Part shown: positions 60,111 to 64,000 of the stretch, piece after piece
How the letters are laid out: every line of letters begins with the position of its first letter
Numbering within the stretch: position 1 is the first letter of the stretch
From: Leucoraja ocellata
Taxonomy: Eukaryota
DNA: 64,000 nt
Reading direction: 5' to 3'
Assembly (NCBI GenBank): GCA_036785375.1
Contig: JAWMAR010000277.1
Location: 1,240,001-1,304,000 of the forward strand
The notes under the pieces: generated by a model
The model's database searches: none
Told to the model about the DNA's origin: nothing
Seen by the model: only the letters and a program-made list of their open reading frames with translations
Made by a program: the position numbers and the translations under genes

Positions 60111-62627
60111 ATGGCGGAGAGTATTTCATCTGATGCTAGTGTGATGGAAGATTCCGAGGAAGGTTCTTTGGTCTTCTTTGCAATACATGTTGTCGAAACC
60201 CATAGCAAGATCATTGCATTTAGTGAGAAAAGCTGTAAGAAGTCTCAAGAATGTGCAGCTAAGTGGATGGAAGTGGAAGAAAGTCTGGAAAGCAGTCGCT
60301 GCTAAGGCACTGCAACACAGACACAACAAACAAGGCGTGGGACCAGTGAAATTTACGGACGAAGGCCATGGTGCTGCATGAGATGATGATGATGGCCATT
60401 CTCATGGACATTGTGAAGCAACTGGAACTGGAAGGTGCGATCTAACATCAGAATTTATGAAAATTAACCCAATCATGCCACCTAGTATAATTTTGGTGCA
60501 TCTTATAATATGAGATATGAGACCTTGGTCTGAAGTTGAGGACTTGAACTTTTTCTTTCCTGAACAAACTAAATTAAAAGGTGTCACTAATGTAGCTATC
60601 ATTTTTTATGAATCTACCAGGCTCAACCCGTAAAAGAATTTTCAAAACGTTTCTGCACCACTCTTCAGAGCCCCATACACATTCACACACAATAGTGTTT
60701 TGAGTGGACATGCACTGGAGGCACTGTGCTACATAATGAACACTAATCTGATCATTTGCTGACTTGCCTTCCATCCCATCAACCTGGACATGTGTACATG
60801 TGATATGTTGATTTTGTCTTACATAATGTCAAAAATGAAAAGAGGTGAAAAACTCCCTTACACATTTTATCTTCTATTATTAGAAGGCGGCAGTGTATCC
60901 CGGGTTATCATGCTGAGTGCTATCGTCACTTCTGCAACATTACGATAAATCGTGCAAGAGCAAGGTTTCGAAGGAAGAGAGGTAATGCTAACCACTTGCT
61001 GATAATATTGGTTTAAAACTGATTTAGAACATGCAAAATATATCTGATGAAAATCAGAAATTGACTGAAACAGTCTGAATTGTTCTGTTATAAATTTCTA
61101 GTGTATATTTTCACATATTCTAACAAAGAAAAGGTTTCATAAACTTAGTTAGGCCAATGGCACATTTCTGTCAATGTAAGCTTTGAAGTCAGTGATGTAT
61201 AGAATGATGGTATTAATTTTATCTTTGTAAAGTTATGATGTTGTGAACTGCAAAATAAAAATGATAAATAAAAAGGTAGAGCTCATCAAGCATTAAGTAT
61301 GCTTACATTCATTCCACTATATAAAATAAAATGTTTCACTAGAATTTATAGTTACAGATATTATGGTTCATGTAAATACACATTTTAACAAATATGCTAT
61401 ATGCACTTAGTATTGGATAATGCTCAAAGTTTGTTACTAATGGCCCTGAAATATAAGATAGGTCACATTCTGTAATTTTGTACAATAAAATATATTTGAG
61501 GAAGTTGAACTGTTTTTCTTTTCTTTTCTTTTCTGTTTTCTTTTTACCCTTCTAATTTTGTTCAATCAACAGACGCTGAAAAGCCTAAAGCAGGTGAATC
61601 CCCTCAAGAAGCAGTTCCTGATGGCGAACCACATGAGCCGGCCCCAAAGAGACTGCTTCGGTCCATGACAAGTGATGGTCAACAAACAGCTACTGTCGAG
61701 CACCTTGCCTGCAGACATGTCCTACCAGTGCATTGCATCATCTGTAAAGGCTCAAAGTACATCAAAGAACAAGCCACAGGTAAATGAAAAGTAGACAAAT
61801 TAGTACGATGTGAAACAAAACATAGGGGGCAGTTACTAACTGCTGCCACCATGAAGCAAGATGAAGCATTGCTATTACACATAAGAGATAGAGATCTTGT
61901 AGCTTGTAGTGAAGCAAGATACCATAAATCATGCTACCTTAGATACACAAAGGTTGTCACTAAGTTTGCAAAAATTAGTAAACAATATAATCAGCAGCAG
62001 GTGTATGAAAAGTCCTACTCTAGTTTCTGCAAGAGAGTCACCGAGGAGAGAATCATCCGTGGCAAAGAGATCTTTTAAGACTTGCTAAATTTAACCAACT
62101 TCTCAACTAGGAGGTTCAGGAAGTTGCTTGGATGCATCATCTCACAAGACAGGCTGTTTGAAGGCAAGGTTGAAGAGATTCCATCCTGTCTTATGTTTTA
62201 CAAGGCCATCTATGCAAGTAGAAAGTGATATTGTATTCGTTGAATCAATTGCTGTTGAAGAGCTGGTTGAAGGTGTTGTACAAGATAATTCAAGTGAGGG
62301 CAGTGAGAGCAGCAAAATTGTCGGTGAAAATCAACAAGGAGGATCATGGTCCCATCACCTCAGAGACATGTTTCATGCAGCCCAGATAGTGCAGAACAGC
62401 ATTGTCAACTCACCAAACCCCATCCAATGTCCCCCAACTTCTGAAGACGCAACATTAGATAAGGCTGAAGAGATTGTCCCAGCTGAACTGTACAACTTTT
62501 TGGCATGGACCAGTCAGCCAAAAAAATCTGGGAAGGTTGATGTGCCTGATGATCTGCCACAATGTCTACTGTCAGTTGCCCAGGATGTCATGTACCTGAA
62601 ACTAAAGGAAGGATACTCCTTCCAAAA
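60111..62627 (+). pseudogene. Spliced, truncated Academ-like transposase (N-terminal half), antisense in the pgr intron
   Basis: Exons ~60111-60434, 60884-60981 (GYHAECYRHFC) and 61573-~62627 (VLPVHCIICK, DLVACSEARYHKSCYLRYT, IVPAELYNFLAW, LLSVAQDVMYL). GT-AG introns, with matching phase across intron 2. In-frame TGA at 61785 and frameshifts. Two CCAAT boxes upstream (60019, 60060). The element's left end may be near 59376. Confidence 0.7.
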
Positions 62628-62723
62628 CTCCTTCCTGTTTGGTGGACTGTGTGGGGCGGGGGGACCCGTTGCTCCTCCTGTGCAGCAGGTGGCACTGCAC
62701 AGGACAAAGGGAGATGTAGGCAG

Positions 62724-63316
62724 CAAAGATTGTAGAGCAGAGCAAGATAGACCACTCCTCTGAAATCCAATGAACTGACGTGTAGTACGTAATGGAACAT
62801 CACGGCCGCCATTTGTTTATGCCAAACGGGACATCTTTGGTAGCGGGGACGGACTCCACAGTTATACAATCTACTCTTACATCAGGTCGCAGGGAAAAGC
62901 AAAGATACTAGAGGCTCCTCTAGTATCTTTGGGGAAGAGGACGTTTCCTCCACTCCTGAGTTGATCCAGGACTGATTCTCGGCCCCCCCGATACCAGTGA
63001 AGGTGGTCGGCAGGAGAGCCACAAGCGTCTGCCCGCGGTCGGCGCTCCCGAGGGAGGCAGCAGGCAATGCTCCTCTAGTATCTTTGGTGTAATCCGTTCC
63101 AAAGATTGATCTGCTCTATCATCTTTGGTGTAATCAGTGTTGTAGGGAAAAGTGTGTTATATATAATCGATCACTTCACATATTTAGTTAATATTATTGT
63201 AAATTTTATTAATATTATTGTAAATTGCTGCTCAATAAAATGGCGTTGTGTCATACCCATGTCATACTACGCTTTTTTCGCAGAGTGGCGCATCTTGCTC
63301 TGCTCTATAATCTTTG
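62724..63316. mobile_element. MITE with ~34-bp CAAAGAT TIRs and 8-bp TSD (P-like or hAT)
   Basis: caaagattgtagagcagagcaagatagaccactc ... gagtggcgcatcttgctctgctctataatctttg; TSD gtaggcag / gtagacag. Confidence 0.85.
62900..62931. mobile_element. 32-bp TIR-only remnant in 8-bp TSD
   Basis: gggaaaag|caaagatactagagg+ctcctctagtatctttg|gggaagag. Confidence 0.8.
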
Positions 63317-63905
63317 GTAGACAGTGTGGGTGTGCAGTCAGATTCTGTGTGTGCAGCCATTTTGAGTTGTCTTGCTGCAAGCATTGAGTAATAGACTCTC
63401 AAGTTTCATGCAGACCTAGAAAACGAACACGAGAAATACAGAGTATATGTGAAATCTGTTGATCGCAGTGTCTTGGGGAGAGAACCTTGTTGACCTCAGT
63501 GTCACAATATGAGAGATGGAGCAATTGTTTCAGCTTTTCACACCACTGCTATCCCAGGACCTTCATAAGAGGGCATGAGCAAGGCCAGGAGTGATGATAG
63601 GATAGGGCTATTATAATATTGCATGACCTGCTAGGCTTACTCAAGAACAACGATAAACATGCCAGTGGTTGAATGTTGCCTCTTGAAACTGTGGGCCAGT
63701 GAGCACTTAAGAACTTCAATTTGGCTGGGATAAGAACGGGTGAAGAGAAATGGGAAGAAGGCGAATAAAGGTCAGCTATTTACAGATCGATGATGAATTT
63801 GGTTTTAGGTGTAACACCGTCACCAAACTCTGCCTCTGGGAATATAACTGGATTATTAGTTGGCTCATATATTTAGAGTTAAAAAAAAATCAATGAAACG
63901 TGATG

Positions 63906-63907
<2 letters not shown>

Positions 63908-63956
<49 letters not shown>

Positions 63957-64000
63957 TAATAATAATAATAATAATAATAATAATCATAATCATAATCATA
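63908..64000. repeat. (AAT)n then (AATCAT)n microsatellite
   Basis: Direct reading; it runs off the window end. Confidence 0.98.

Larger units (their letters stand above)
58567..64000 (-). other. pgr: Last intron of pgr (3' part)
   Basis: Lies 5' of the terminal-exon acceptor on the minus strand. No penultimate-exon peptide (expected to resemble IPLEGL..QRFYQLTKL) was seen before the window end. Confidence 0.8.

Noticed and set aside
62128-62763. 211-aa ORF as a standalone gene
   Set aside because: It is an internal frameshifted segment of the transposase relic reading through into unrelated DNA and the MITE.

Overview
Repeat-rich vertebrate genomic DNA, most likely from a cartilaginous fish (skate or ray). 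That assignment is inferred from HE1-like V-SINEs, HER1/CR1 LINEs and Penelope-derived hammerhead-like repeats. The only host-gene sequence I can identify is the terminal coding exon of the progesterone receptor (pgr), minus strand 58566-58411 ([13 protein letters not shown]...[10 protein letters not shown]). Positions 58567-64000 are therefore its last intron, and the repeat-poor DNA below 58411 probably includes a long 3' UTR. The rest is layered transposable elements: many CR1 fragments (one young copy with an uninterrupted ~750-codon 5'-truncated ORF2), Tx1, L1, L2, Vingi-like and Rex1-like LINEs, tRNA-derived SINEs, three non-autonomous Helitrons with tandem arrays and cargo, MITEs, and a spliced Academ-like transposase pseudogene. 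There is one 200-N gap. The most notable signals are: (i) 27-32 bp TIR-only remnants between 8-bp TSDs that resemble P-element-type excision footprints, next to a full MITE with the same CAAAGAT ends; (ii) short Penelope-derived, hammerhead-like insertions whose 5' boundary repeatedly falls at the CUGA core; (iii) Helitron capture of an internal CR1 piece; and (iv) a CR1 tail occupying the pgr branch-point zone. All calls were made by eye. No database search or RNA folding was run, and boundaries of old elements are approximate.
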